Assembly: GCA_903813345.2 (NCBI GenBank)
Contig: CAIIXF020000001.1
Location: 22,196,001 to 22,260,000 of the forward strand
From: Owenia fusiformis
Taxonomy: Eukaryota
Direction of reading: 5' to 3'
Length of the DNA stretch: 64,000 bases
The notes beneath the pieces were generated by a model. That model had not been told where the DNA came from. It was given only the letters and a program-made list of their open reading frames with translations, and searched no databases. Position 1 is the stretch's first letter. Each line of letters begins with the position of its first letter. Position numbers and translations under genes: made by a program. Below are positions 51,001-60,400 of this stretch, piece after piece.

Positions 51001-54000
51001 AAACATGCAATACCTTAGACTTCAATGTGAGTAATATATCATCAATAAACAACAGTTCAAGGTTCATTGATTTTTATTCATAAGTCCTCCAAGGCAAAAT
51101 ATTCTCGCTGCCTTGATTGATGACTAAACTTAAATTTGTACAATGTATACTTCGTTAATCATCCTAATGGAGAACATTCAATCAAATTGAAATACATTTA
51201 ATTTGAACTATACATTTATATATTAACTTTATGCCACATTGATGATCTTTTTGATAAAGCTACACTTGAAGCACAATTTGGATTATCAAAATCCTAAGCC
51301 GAAATGAATGAATTTTATATTTCAAGAGATAAAAGTGTGCATTCTGAGTGAAAATGTCAGGTGCATTTTGAAGAAGGTGGGTTAAACATGCCTTATGAGC
51401 AGATAATCCAATTGATCTTGATATTATTCTATGCATTTTTATTGAAGACTTTACACTGGTCTTATAAAAAACCTCTTGTTTACAGCTGTCTGAAATCTAT
51501 TGCCATAACTTTGGTGGCCTTTTCATCTTGTATGATGCTGTCTGTTTACAACCTAATGGTCTGTCTGTTTTACAACCTAATGGTCTGTCTGTTTTACAAC
51601 CTAATGATGCTGTCTGTTTTACAACCTAATGGTCTGTCTGTTTTACAACCTAATGATGCTGTCTGTTTACAACCTAATGGTCTGTCTGTTTTACAACCTA
51701 ATGATGCTGTCTGTTTTACAACATAATGGTCTGTCTGTTTTACAACCTAATGATGCTGTCTGTTTTACAACCTAATGGTCTGTCTGTTTTACAACCTAAT
51801 GATGCTGTCTGTTTTACAACCTAATGGTCTGTCTGTTTTACAACCTAATGATGCTGTCTGTTTTACAACCTAATGGTCTGTCTGTTTTACAACCTAATGA
51901 TGCTGTCTGTTTACAACCTAATGGTCTGTCTGTTTTACAACCTAATGATGCTGTCTGTTTTACAACCTAATGGTCTGTCTGTTTTACAACCTAATGATGC
52001 TGTCTGTTTTACAACCTAATGGTCTGTCTGTTTTACAACCTAATGATGCTGTCTGTTTTACAACCTAATGGTCTGTCTGTTTTACAACCTAATGATGCTG
52101 TCTGTTTTACAACCTAATGGTCTGTCTGTTTTACAACCTAATGATGCTGTCTGTTTTACAACCTAATGGTCTGTCTGTTTTACAACCTAATGATGCTGTC
52201 TGTTTTACAACCTAATGGTCTGTCTGTTTTACAACCTAATGATGCTGTCTGTTTTACAACCTAATGGTCTGTCTGTTTTACAACCTAATGATGCTGTCTG
52301 TTTTACAACCTAATGGTCTGTCTGTTTTACAACCTAATGGTCTGTCTGTTTACAGCCTCATGGTCTGTCTGTTGTGATCACGTCCCCTCAAGTGTTTGAC
52401 TTCACTGCCCCTGCCTGCCCAGAGAGACATCTCGAAGGAGCTGAATTATTAGGTATTATATTACAATTCCTTCATATATTTAGTGACATAAGCTCTTTTG
52501 TTGGACTACAAATAAAACATGTTTATGTCTGTGATTAAAATTCAAGTGCCACACAAATTGTAACAATGTCAGTCTTTTCCTCACCTGCTATTGTCAAATA
52601 TAAAGCCATCTTAATCTGAGAATGATGCCCCTTGCTAATGGAGATTGAGTGTTTATTTGACTGTACATGCACATGTAGGTGCTGATATCACTAATGCTAA
52701 GAGGGCAGATGCTGGTAAGATCCTTGCTGATGTAATGAGGGGTTACATGCATGACATGAAGATAGAAGACGGACTGAAGCCATTGGGATATACAACAGAT
52801 GACATCCCTGCCATGGTAGAGGCAGTTAAACCACAGGTTATTGTGATTTACTCATTCATTATAAAGTTTATTCTAAATGTATGAATAATAGTATCCTTGT
52901 TTGTTGGATAATTTATTTTTGCTATTCATTTATTTACCTTAGATAAGATTTGAAAAATGATAGAAATTGTAATTGAAAGCCCATGATTATTGTAATGTAA
53001 AAGGTGTCTGAGCAGAAAAATAAAATTAATGGAATAAACTTAGTAGTTTCAGGAATTTAGAAAATAATTATTATGGAAAGTGGCCCTTTAAATGCATACA
53101 ATTTGTATATACAGGGTGGTCCAACCCCCCTAGCCAATATTCCTGATAAATATTTATTTTTTAACAAACACACCAACAATGATATATCACTTTAAAGGTA
53201 ATTTAATTTGCAATAAGATGATATACATCTATAATACGTATATATCTTTTTTTTAAATATTATCTTTAAAGTGATGTATCATTGTTGGTGTGTTTGTTAA
53301 AAATAAATATATCAGGAATATTCGTAACGGGTGGCTTTTTGGCCCACCCTGTAATTACCCTGATATGGACATTATAGGCGGTATTTGAATTGTCTTTTTC
53401 CTAACACCTGTACACCTCCCAAAACTGCGAAAGTGATAGCAGAAAAACTGCAAAATACAATTTTTCAAAAATAGTTGTAAATGTTTTGGAAACTAAAGTT
53501 AATTATCATGAAATGACAATTGACAGTATTAAATGTGTTAACCACACTGCGAACATTATCAGGATTACTTGTCCATGTGTTTATCCCACTAAACATTTAG
53601 AGTGTCACGGGTACATGTGTTTACCACACTGTGCATATGGACATTTACAGTTAAACATTGTTTAGCCAGCTGTGAAAATTTATGGTATTACATATGCTTA
53701 CCATACTGGGAATGTTTAAAGTATTACACGAATTAACCCCACCCTGAACATTTAGAGTATCACACTATCACATGCACATGTGTTTACCCCACTGAGCGTA
53801 TGAACATTTACAGTATTTCATCACTTAGCTCACTGTGAAAATTTACGGTATTACATATGTTTATCCCACTGGGAATGTTTAAAGTATAGAAAGGTTACTC
53901 CACCCTGAACATTTAGAGTATCACACTAGCTATCACATGCACATGTATTTACTCCACTGTGTGTTTAAACATTTACAGTATTACATCACTTACATGTAGC

Positions 54001-54855
54001 TCACTGTGAAAATTTAGGTACTACATATGTTTACCCCACTGGAAATGTTTACAGTATACAATTGTTGACCTCTCCAGAGGTCAACCAGCAAAATTGTATA
54101 CCGAGACTGTAAACCGAGAAACTACTGTTGACAGAGACCGAAGGTCGAGGTCAACAGTAGTTTCAAGGTTTACAGTCGAGGTATATGATTTTGACGGTTG
54201 ACCGAATTGAGAGGTCTACAATTGTTTTGTTAGTCAGAAGAAACTAATAATACACATATAGACGACAGTCATCAACCATGGCTTCATTTCACAACCTTTT
54301 CTCTGAACCACGCCAGCAATAATTTTTTAAGAAAATCTGAAGACAGTGGTAGTTAATCTCTCTGTTTTTGGCACATAGCAGCGTACTCACTAGTAAATTA
54401 ATGTTAATTTTTCGTTTCTTTTTGTATTTTTGCTATACTTGTCGTCTAGCAAAGTCAAAATATCACTTTCATCAACGTTTACGAAATGTCCGTCTACCAT
54501 GTTTTTCTGTAAACATTATGACGTCATATTCCCCATAATTCACAAGTGTAGTACAGTAACATAAACGGTCAATAATATGATATCCCATGATGCACAGGTG
54601 AGGTACAGGCAAAAATGTTGACCGCTAATTGACCAATCAGATGCGAGTATTTACACTGAGGTACTAACAATATTACATATGTTTACCCCACTGGGAATGT
54701 TTACAGTATAACATGTGTTAAGTATGGATATTAACTGTATTATGTGTTTACAATTTTTATATATGTTTCAGACCAGGGTAACAAAACTATCACCTAGGGA
54801 GAAGACAGATGATGACATTGCGATGATCTTCGAGAAATCAATGTCTGTTTACTGA
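21055..54855 (+). CDS. ADHFE1: Hydroxyacid-oxoacid transhydrogenase (iron-containing alcohol dehydrogenase family), 13 exons: 21055-21107, 25975-26021, 27427-27503, 27752-27805, 28075-28229, 28677-28873, 29375-29558, 30030-30182, 31016-31114, 32335-32413, 52356-52452, 52679-52836, 54772-54855
   Basis: GT-AG introns with consistent phases. The translation includes [98 protein letters not shown] and RVTKLSP...FEKSMSVY*, co-linear with known ADHFE1. Confidence 0.95.
21920..22184. mobile_element. MITE with 5-bp TSD (hAT5-like)
   Basis: CAGGGGCGGATCC / GGATCCGCCACTG; TSD AATAG. Confidence 0.82.
22720..24790 (-). pseudogene. hAT transposase C-terminal dimerisation-domain relic, split by an insertion
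   Basis: [14 protein letters not shown] (24733-24778) and [25 protein letters not shown] (below 22843) are the two halves of the hAT dimerisation motif, separated by 22845-24732. Confidence 0.75.
22845..24732. mobile_element. 1.9-kb TIR element with CCC...GGG termini and GCTGCGGCAGC subterminal arrays (CMC/EnSpm-like)
   Basis: TIR CCCTTACGGAAAT / ATTTCCGTAAGGG; many GCTGC(G/C)GCAGC palindromic units at 22862-23045 and 24388-24712; no clear TSD. Confidence 0.72.
25351..25716. mobile_element. Hairpin-terminated element of the same architecture, opposite orientation
   Basis: Inverted pair AACATACCTATGATGATGTA / TACATCATCATAGGTATGTT enclosing CTGATTGG, TGACGTCA and CCAATCA, followed by a ~110-bp hairpin TTATGTCACTATCGTGGC...GCCACGATAGTGACATAA. 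Confidence 0.55.
26030..26402. repeat. Degenerate CAGTACAGAAGTACA-type tandem repeat directly after the ADHFE1 exon 2 donor
   Basis: Recurring CAGAAGTACA, CATTACA and GAGGTAAAATATAGT blocks. Confidence 0.8.
28512..28676. repeat. Four ~45-bp tandem copies ending at the ADHFE1 exon 6 acceptor
   Basis: TAACCC(C)TGATTTATATATTTCAx repeated; only the last copy ends in AG. Confidence 0.82.
29056..29259. mobile_element. MITE with 5-bp TSD (hAT5-like), family A
   Basis: TIR CAGGCCCGTAGCCAG / CTGGCTACGGGCCTG; TSD AAGAA. Confidence 0.88.
30777..30989. mobile_element. MITE family A copy, 26 bp upstream of ADHFE1 exon 9
   Basis: Same internal sequence as 29056-29259; flanks ATGCT / ATGTT. Confidence 0.82.
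31298..31484. mobile_element. MITE family A copy
   Basis: TIR CAGGCCCGTAGCCAG; TSD ATTAT. Confidence 0.86.
32031..32260. mobile_element. Second copy (inverted) of the CATCCTCC MITE, in ADHFE1 intron 9
   Basis: Reverse complement of 5300-5528; GTATATTT on both flanks, with one extra C on the left. Confidence 0.82.
33131..33305. mobile_element. 175-bp MITE with 9-bp TSD (Mutator-like); a 5'-truncated copy lies at ~36561-36729
   Basis: CCCGGTGTGAAAG / CTTTTACACCGGG; TSD ATATATAGT (33122-33130 / 33306-33314). Confidence 0.84.
33650..34708 (+). CDS. Harbinger/HARBI1-like DDE transposase (DDE_Tnp_4 type), 352 aa, intact
   Basis: Uninterrupted ORF with [35 protein letters not shown] and RESVEWGFG (D-D-E triad), plus an N-terminal helix-turn-helix-like segment ([19 protein letters not shown]). 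A probable 5'-UTR intron runs 32940-33623 (AG|GTAAGA ... TTCTAG). Confidence 0.92.
   Translation: MAGIDPVTAAAIIDDKDDEETLLLYHLFEEDRRDGINAFRINLESLSNEECSLLFRFEKDDLFRISQVMELPNVFTGYNRCSCSGIEGLCLLLRRLVYPNRLWDINGMFGMDLSTTSILINTVNNYVYEHFGPLLTEFNQPWMTIPDLQRYARAIQAKDAPLINCYGFIDGTPRPCARPQEGQRHFYSGHKREHCLKFQSIILPNGIITNLYGPVEGSRHDASMLRRSNILDALETKSLPNGEPMSIYGDPAYPRTPHLITPFRGPDVTPQQAQFNRSMSSVRESVEWGFGKIIREFAFLDFKKNLKILLSPIAKYYKNGAFLTNVHTCLYGSQVNTYFNTEPLLLEYYIHR
34835..35765. mobile_element. Foldback element between the two Harbinger genes, related to 15970-16440
   Basis: Inverted arms (TGTCCGCTGTG...CAAGAAAACTTCACAATTT vs AAATTGTGACGTTTTCTTAG...CATAGCGGACA); shares GGAGCATGCTATTTTTC and TTTAGAGTATGATACTCT with the ~16 kb region. 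Boundaries approximate. Confidence 0.65.
36345..40714 (-). pseudogene. Second (accessory, putative DNA-binding) gene of the Harbinger-type element, 3 exons (40714-40485, 37062-36833, 36448-36345), with a premature TAA at codon 17 (40664-40666)
   Basis: Spliced frame [43 protein letters not shown]...[41 protein letters not shown]...[45 protein letters not shown] junctions with matching phases (2 and 1). Myb/SANT-like N-terminus and coiled-coil C-terminus are inferred from the pattern. Confidence 0.78.
41422..48025 (-). CDS. Nested antisense gene inside ADHFE1 intron 10: predicted secreted protein of unknown family, 245 aa, exons 48025-47788, 42759-42517, 41678-41422
   Basis: Three stop-free exons (238, 243, 257 nt) joined by two phase-1 GT-AG introns (donors G|GTGAGT and G|GTAAAG, acceptors TTTCAG and TTGTAG). 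The N-terminus is signal-peptide-like ([22 protein letters not shown]), followed by ...[29 protein letters not shown]...[19 protein letters not shown]...ITIRFTG*. Confidence 0.8.
41915..42498 (+). mobile_element. HINE-like element of the 8345-9271 family, in intron 2 of the nested gene
   Basis: Same 3' end GTTCGGTGGGATTTGCTACTCTGTGGAGTTGCTGTTTT, a TCCG/TCTG microsatellite near the 5' end, and degenerate ~146-bp units. Confidence 0.72.
42963..43438. mobile_element. MITE with 6-bp TSD (hAT6-like)
   Basis: CAGGGCTGTCAACT / AGTTGACAGGCCTG; TSD GAGTAA. Confidence 0.86.
43586..46111. mobile_element. 2.5-kb TIR element with 6-bp TSD and TCCCGC(G/A)AA subterminal repeats
   Basis: CAGAGCTGTCAA / TTGACAGTACTG; TSD TGATTA. 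Confidence 0.82.
46316..47031. mobile_element. ~715-bp foldback palindrome
   Basis: CAAAGGAGGAGG...TTTTGACTTTGAGACAGGGAAGATGCA pairs with TGCATCTTCCCTGTCTCAAAGTCAAAA...CCTCCTCCTTTG; centre near 46670. Confidence 0.82.
50081..50572. mobile_element. Inverted copy of the 42963-43438 MITE family
   Basis: CAGGCCTGTCAACT / AGTTGACAGGCCTG; GTATATG (7 bp) on both flanks. Confidence 0.84.
51532..52355. repeat. Minisatellite of mostly alternating 24/25-bp units (~33 units) abutting the ADHFE1 exon 11 acceptor
   Basis: Units CAACCTAATGGTCTGTCTGTTTTA and CAACCTAATGATGCTGTCTGTTTTA. Confidence 0.95.
53112..53351. mobile_element. Tc1/mariner-type palindromic MITE
   Basis: TA|CAGGGTGG ... CCACCCTG|TA, with long internal inverted arms. 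Confidence 0.8.
53570..54720. repeat. Degenerate ~30-bp tandem repeat (ATGTTTACCCCACTGGGAATGTTTACAGTATTAC-like) before the last ADHFE1 exon, interrupted by a hairpin element
   Basis: Repeated CATGTGTTTACCC(C)ACTG...ACATTTACAGTAT units. Confidence 0.75.
54059..54670. mobile_element. Hairpin-terminated non-autonomous element (Crypton-like, inferred)
   Basis: ~165-bp imperfect hairpin with a GACCGAAGGTC apex (54059-54224), then TTGTTAGT ... ACTAACAA inverted pair and CCAATCAGA near the other end; ACAAT at both junctions; interrupts the tandem repeat. Confidence 0.55.
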
Positions 54856-55640
54856 GACTTTTATGTCATAAATTAAAGAAACTCAGCAATTTGAGACTAT
54901 GCAATAATTAATGATAATTTCTGGATGAAAATACAATTATGGACACAAATGGAGTTGTGGTGGACATTTTCCGCATTAAATATGTGATAGGGAAAACAGT
55001 ATTATCATGTAGGGGGTTTCTGTATGATACTGGTTGGAACAGTTAGTGTACTTATTGATAAAAATGCTCAATTAACTTTTCAGTAATTGAATAGACAAAT
55101 ATACAAGTTATGTAGACATTTAGTACCATATAGTAGTACACTTTTATTTTAGTACAAAATATATACAATAAGATAAACATGATTTTTTGTAAATTTTACC
55201 TCAGGTCAATGGCACAACAGATCTCAATTATGATTAACAATAATAAATAAATAAATATAAATAATTGAAAGAACATTACTTAAGTTGAGTTCAATATTTG
55301 AGATAGATAATAACATAACAAAAACATCTGTAATCCATTTGAATAACATCATAAATTAGTTCTGATAACATGAATAAACCATTTTTTAATAACAACCATT
55401 TTTGTACCAAAATTGTGACTGGTTTTGTCTGGAAGGAGTATGTATCAAGTACCCTTCTCATGAACTTGACTATATACACTCTACATTTAAGCTTTGGTTT
55501 ATTGCCTAGAGAACATGATGTTGCTTCATTTCTACAAAATTCGGAATCCTCCCATATATGACATCATCGAAACAAAGTACCCATGAGTATAAAGGAATGT
55601 AATGCATCAGTTATGTAACTATGATTATCACCTACCTTAA

Positions 55641-57126
55641 TGTGAGGGACGTTTTGTCCAAAATAAATAAACAAGAGAAATTTATAAAATATTTTATATT
55701 ATATCATGTATTATATCAGTCAACTTCCTTATTGATCATGTATATGTTGCACAACTACCTTAACACAACTGCTGTTGTTGTACAACTACCTTAAAAGACA
55801 AATCACAAAAGAGTGACAACTACCTTAATCCATGAAAGTGTAGAAATACCTTAATCCATGAAAGTGTGGAACTACCTTAATTCATAAAATGTAAAACATT
55901 ACAAAAGAGTGACAACTACCTTAATATATAAATTAGCCTACAAAAGAGTGACCAGTCTGCCAGTGCAGAACTGTAGGTGGAATGCCTAAAAATATAAAAT
56001 TCACACCATAAGTTGATATGTAGCAATAAAGTAAAATGTCATTAAAATGCAGATTAATGTTTAATGTTTTAATTGATAAAACCATATTTGTGATGGGGAT
56101 TAAGTAATATATGAATGAATCTTTATTTCCCCACACAATGCCTGAAGCATTATATAAACATCAAAACACATGAAGCATGACTTGTTCAATATGGTCAATA
56201 GGGTCAAGTTGACCTTACAAAATGTCGTATTGACCTTACACATACTACAAATATAAATCAAATAACAAGAGTGGAATTTTACCTGACAATAAAGCTACTT
56301 GGGCTGTGAGTGTGGGCATATGGTAAAGTAAGTCAGCTAGGGAACTAACCTAAAAATGTACATTTGAACCTAAGTGAAAATGTAAACAAAGGAATGAAAT
56401 CCAATATGGCTGATGTTGAAATTTGCAAAATATCTTGAGTCTTTCCTTAAACTCCTAATAAGTTCAAAATTACAAACGGTATATAAAAAATACCTATTTC
56501 AACATAGAGATTATATATTAATCTTTAAAACTAACTATATGAATAATATACTGAGACAATATAACTTGTTTAGAAATTGGTCAAAGTATGGAAAAATATT
56601 TACCACATCCAGAAGATTCAAAAGCAGGCCCAACACCAAGGAGGATTGGCTCCCAGAGTGCACCACCGATATTCTGTCCCATATATGGGTATGTCGTAAT
56701 ACAAAATTCGAATTCAAACAGCCGCCATTTTGTTCACTTCAACATTTAAATCGTGAATTTTGGTCTTATTTCCAAACGAAAAATTCCAAAACTCACAAGA
56801 AATGATCGAGATATTGGTTCGAATCTTTTGAACTGTTTATTTTGAATTTATAGTCGGTTTTAATTTCAGAAAATAACGACATTTCGACGTTTTCATTGTT
56901 GGAAAATATCGAGTTTCGATCCTGGGAGCCAATCCTCCTTGCCCAACACTAAAGTATATGATCATGTGACCTAGATCATGTGATACAGTAGTTACTAAAC
57001 CTTTTTAAAGGTGGCATATCAGTACAGTCTCAGTATGTGCTGTGTTGAGAAGTAGTATACATTGGGTAGGAATAATCAGTTGTACCAACAATATTTAAAA
57101 GTATATTTATAAAAGTGCATGTCACA
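55641..57126 (-). repeat. 3' LTR of the Gypsy element (inner boundary tentative)
   Basis: The outer end matches 63614 onward. The inner end is placed at GTCACA (57121-57126), giving TGTGA...TCACA termini on the - strand, but the polypurine tract there is weak. Contains six (AC)TACCTTAA copies at 55755-55924. Confidence 0.6.
56637..56941. mobile_element. 305-bp MITE (P- or hAT-type) inserted in the probable 3' LTR region
   Basis: 20-bp perfect TIR CAAGGAGGATTGGCTCCCAG; 8-bp TSD CCCAACAC (56629-56636 / 56942-56949). Confidence 0.88.
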
Positions 57127-57474
57127 TCCACGCGGACTCGTCTTCATTTTAATAAAATGAACCTTAAACACGGCCACCACAGTTAACTGATATAATAAAT
57201 ATACAATATCTTAAATGAATAAGAAAATTTAATACAAACATCAAACATAAGTTAAAATAATCAAATGATTCAAAATATCTGTCTTCGTATAAGATGAATA
57301 ATTCTCTAAACGCTATTAGATTGGTATTTCCTCCCCTAATTAACAACCACGACCAAAAAATAGGTCGTTTATAAAATTATAGATCCCACTACAGTCATGA
57401 TTTTGAAAAATGGTTTAAATTGTAGCTACTATCTTAACTACAGTAACGCGCAGAAATCAGAGTGAAATCTCGAT

Positions 57475-60400
57475 TTACTTCTGTTGATCTAAAAGTCTCT
57501 TAGACCTTCTCAGTTGAGGCACTTCTTCAGCTGTATCCTTATTAAGGAGCTTTTTGTTTCTGATCCCTTCTGGCAACTCTTTCAAATCTTCTCTATTTAC
57601 AGTTTTCCTCAGTGAGTCTTCATTCTCAATTGTATATGTGTCTCCTTTCCTTTCAATCACTTTGTATACAGAATCTTCATAATAGTCTTGTATCTTGTTT
57701 CTTCCAAGTGTTCTCCTTCTTGTTAAGACTTTTCTTCCAACATCTATTTTATCTTCAATGATTGTTGGTTTCTTGTCATGTCTTTCTTTCCTTCTATCAG
57801 CATTTTGATTCATATTTTCTTCTGCATGAGCATAAGCTTCTTTGAACGTCTGCTTTTGTTTGGTTACCCAGTTATCTGCTTTATTTCCTTCAGAATCTTC
57901 ATCGTCATTCTCTGAATCAAGCACTAAAGATAGTGGTAGTAATGCTTCTCGGCCAAACATCATGTAAAACGGTGAATAACCCGTGGAGCTATGTGGGGTT
58001 ATGTTGTAAGAATACACCAACTCCTTCAGGTATTCTGGCCATTTGTTCTTCTTCTTTGCTTCTAGTGACAGCAGTAGATTGTGGAGGGTTCTGTTGAACC
58101 GTTCGCACTGACCATTTCCTTGGGGATGGTACGGTGTGGTTCGTGACTTCTGAACATTGTATGTTTTACACAGACAGTCTACTATCTTGCTTTCAAAGTT
58201 CCTTCCCTGGTCGCTGTGTAGTCGTTTGGGAATACCATAAACTAAAAACAGATCTTTCACAAGAACTTTTGACACTGTTTCAGCTGTTTGGTCCTTAGTT
58301 TCTCTGGCAATTGTGAACTTTGTAAAGACATCAGTTATGATCAAAACGTTTTCCATTCCGTTGGTAGCTTTTTCCAAAAGTGTAAAATCAATACAGACTA
58401 GGTCTAGTGGTGATTTTGCGGTTAATCGTCCCATGGGAGTAATGATTTTGTGAAAGGGCATCTTGCCAAATACACATCGATTACATGTCTTGATATATTC
58501 ACATATGTCTTGTTTCATTCCTGGCCAAAAGTATCTATCACTAATCAGTTTATCAGTTCTTTCAACACCTTGGTGTCCTGCAAAGTCATGTCCCGCTTTT
58601 AGAACTTCTTCTTTTAGAACAGTTGGAATAGCAACTTGATTGACATCTTTATCATTTGACTTCACCTTCCTATACAATATGTTATCAACTAGTCGGAGTT
58701 TATGTCTTTGTTTCTCCCATTTTCTTTGATGTTTTGTCATCTTTTTCAGTATCTTAGGTGTTGGAATAATGTTATGTTTTATGATTTCTTTTATGAGACT
58801 GATATCTTGATCATTGTCTTGCAATGTGGCTAGACCTTCCTTCGTAATAGTTGGGAAGACAGTTGTTTCTGTTGGAGTTATATCACTTTCTACTGTCAGA
58901 ACATTTACTTCCTTCTGGTTAATTTCTGTAGACAGATCTGGAAGGTGTGTAGTGTTTGTGATCTCTGCGATAACACTCATAGCACTGACTTCGAAGTCAT
59001 CATCCTCATCTTCATCTTCTGAACTGTGTTCTAGTCTGGAGAGTGCATCTGCTGCTGTGTTCTTTATTCCTGGCTTGTACTTTATCTCAAAGTTGAAGCA
59101 TGCTAAGTCAGACACCCAACGTTGCTCTAATGCTGGTAGTTTCTTCTTTCGCATGATATACGTCAATGGGTTATTGTCTGTGAAAATTGTGAATTTTGAT
59201 CCAAGTAGAAAATCTCTGAACTTTTCTGTAACAGACCATTTAAGTGCTAACAGCTCCAATTTTTTGGAAGAGTAGTTATTCATATTTTTCTCGCCTCCTC
59301 TCAATGATCGGCTGCCATATCCAATGACTCTCATTTTTCCTTCTTGTTCTTGGAGAAGTTCACATCCGAGTCCTGATGATGATGCATCTATCTCTAATAC
59401 AAAAGGCTTGTTGTAGTCTGCGAAAGCAAGGACTGGTGCTGTAGACAGTTTTTCTTTAAGTGTAGCTTGTGCTTGTGTACAATCTTCTGTCCATAGCTTT
59501 TCAATATTCTCGGTCTTCTTTTTTGTTCTTTTTGTGACTTTTGTAACAAGGTTATGTAATGGTTGGGCAGTAGCTGCATAGTTCTTCACAAAACGTCTGT
59601 GGTATCCTGCCATTCCAAGAAATCTTCTGAGATCCTTCAGGGTCTTCGGCTGTTTCCAGTTCACTATCACCTTAATCTTTTCAGGATCAGGCTTTATTCC
59701 TTCTTTCGATATCTGGTGACCAAGGTATGTTACAGTCTCTTTAAAGAAGTAACACTTTTTCAATTCAAGCTTCAAGTTGTAGCTGTGTAAAATTGAAAAG
59801 ACATTCTCTAGCCTATGAATCATTTCTTCGATGGTAGAAGAGTATACTAATAAATCATCGAGATAGACGAGTAACGTTTTGAAAATCTCATCTTTAAATG
59901 CCATGGTCATTAATCTTTGGTAAGTCGCAGGTGCGTTGCAGAGGCCGAATGGCATGCGTAAGTACTCAAAAGTGCCAAAAGGTGTGGTAAAAGATGTTTT
60001 GTGAATATCCTCCTGAGCTACCTTAACCTGGTGATAAGCGCTTTGAAGGTCCAATGAGCAGAACCACTTTGCATTCAGCAGTGCATCCATACTTTCCTGT
60101 ATACGAGGGAGTGGGAAGACATCCTTCTTTGTGTTGTGATTCAGCTGTCTGTAATCCACGCATAGTCTGAGTGATTTATTTTTCTTTCTGACGAGAACAA
60201 TAGGGCTAGCGAAGTTACTACTACTTGGGCGAATGATCTTTTTCTGTATTAGTGTGTCAATATGTTCTCGAAGTTCTTGAAAAACTGCAGGAGGCACTCT
60301 ACGGAAAGGTTCATTCACAGCAAAATCGTCTGGTGTAGGTATTTTGTGTTCAATCGCATCAGTATACCCCAAATCATTTTCGTCTGATCCAAAGATTTTG

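Noticed and set aside
51532-52355. Regular array as a possible CRISPR
   Set aside because: No unique spacers, no cas genes, eukaryotic intron; it is a minisatellite.
57325-57340. AGGGGAGGAAA (- strand) as the Gypsy polypurine tract
   Set aside because: Followed by TACC rather than TG, so it does not give a canonical LTR start; unresolved without the full 5' LTR.
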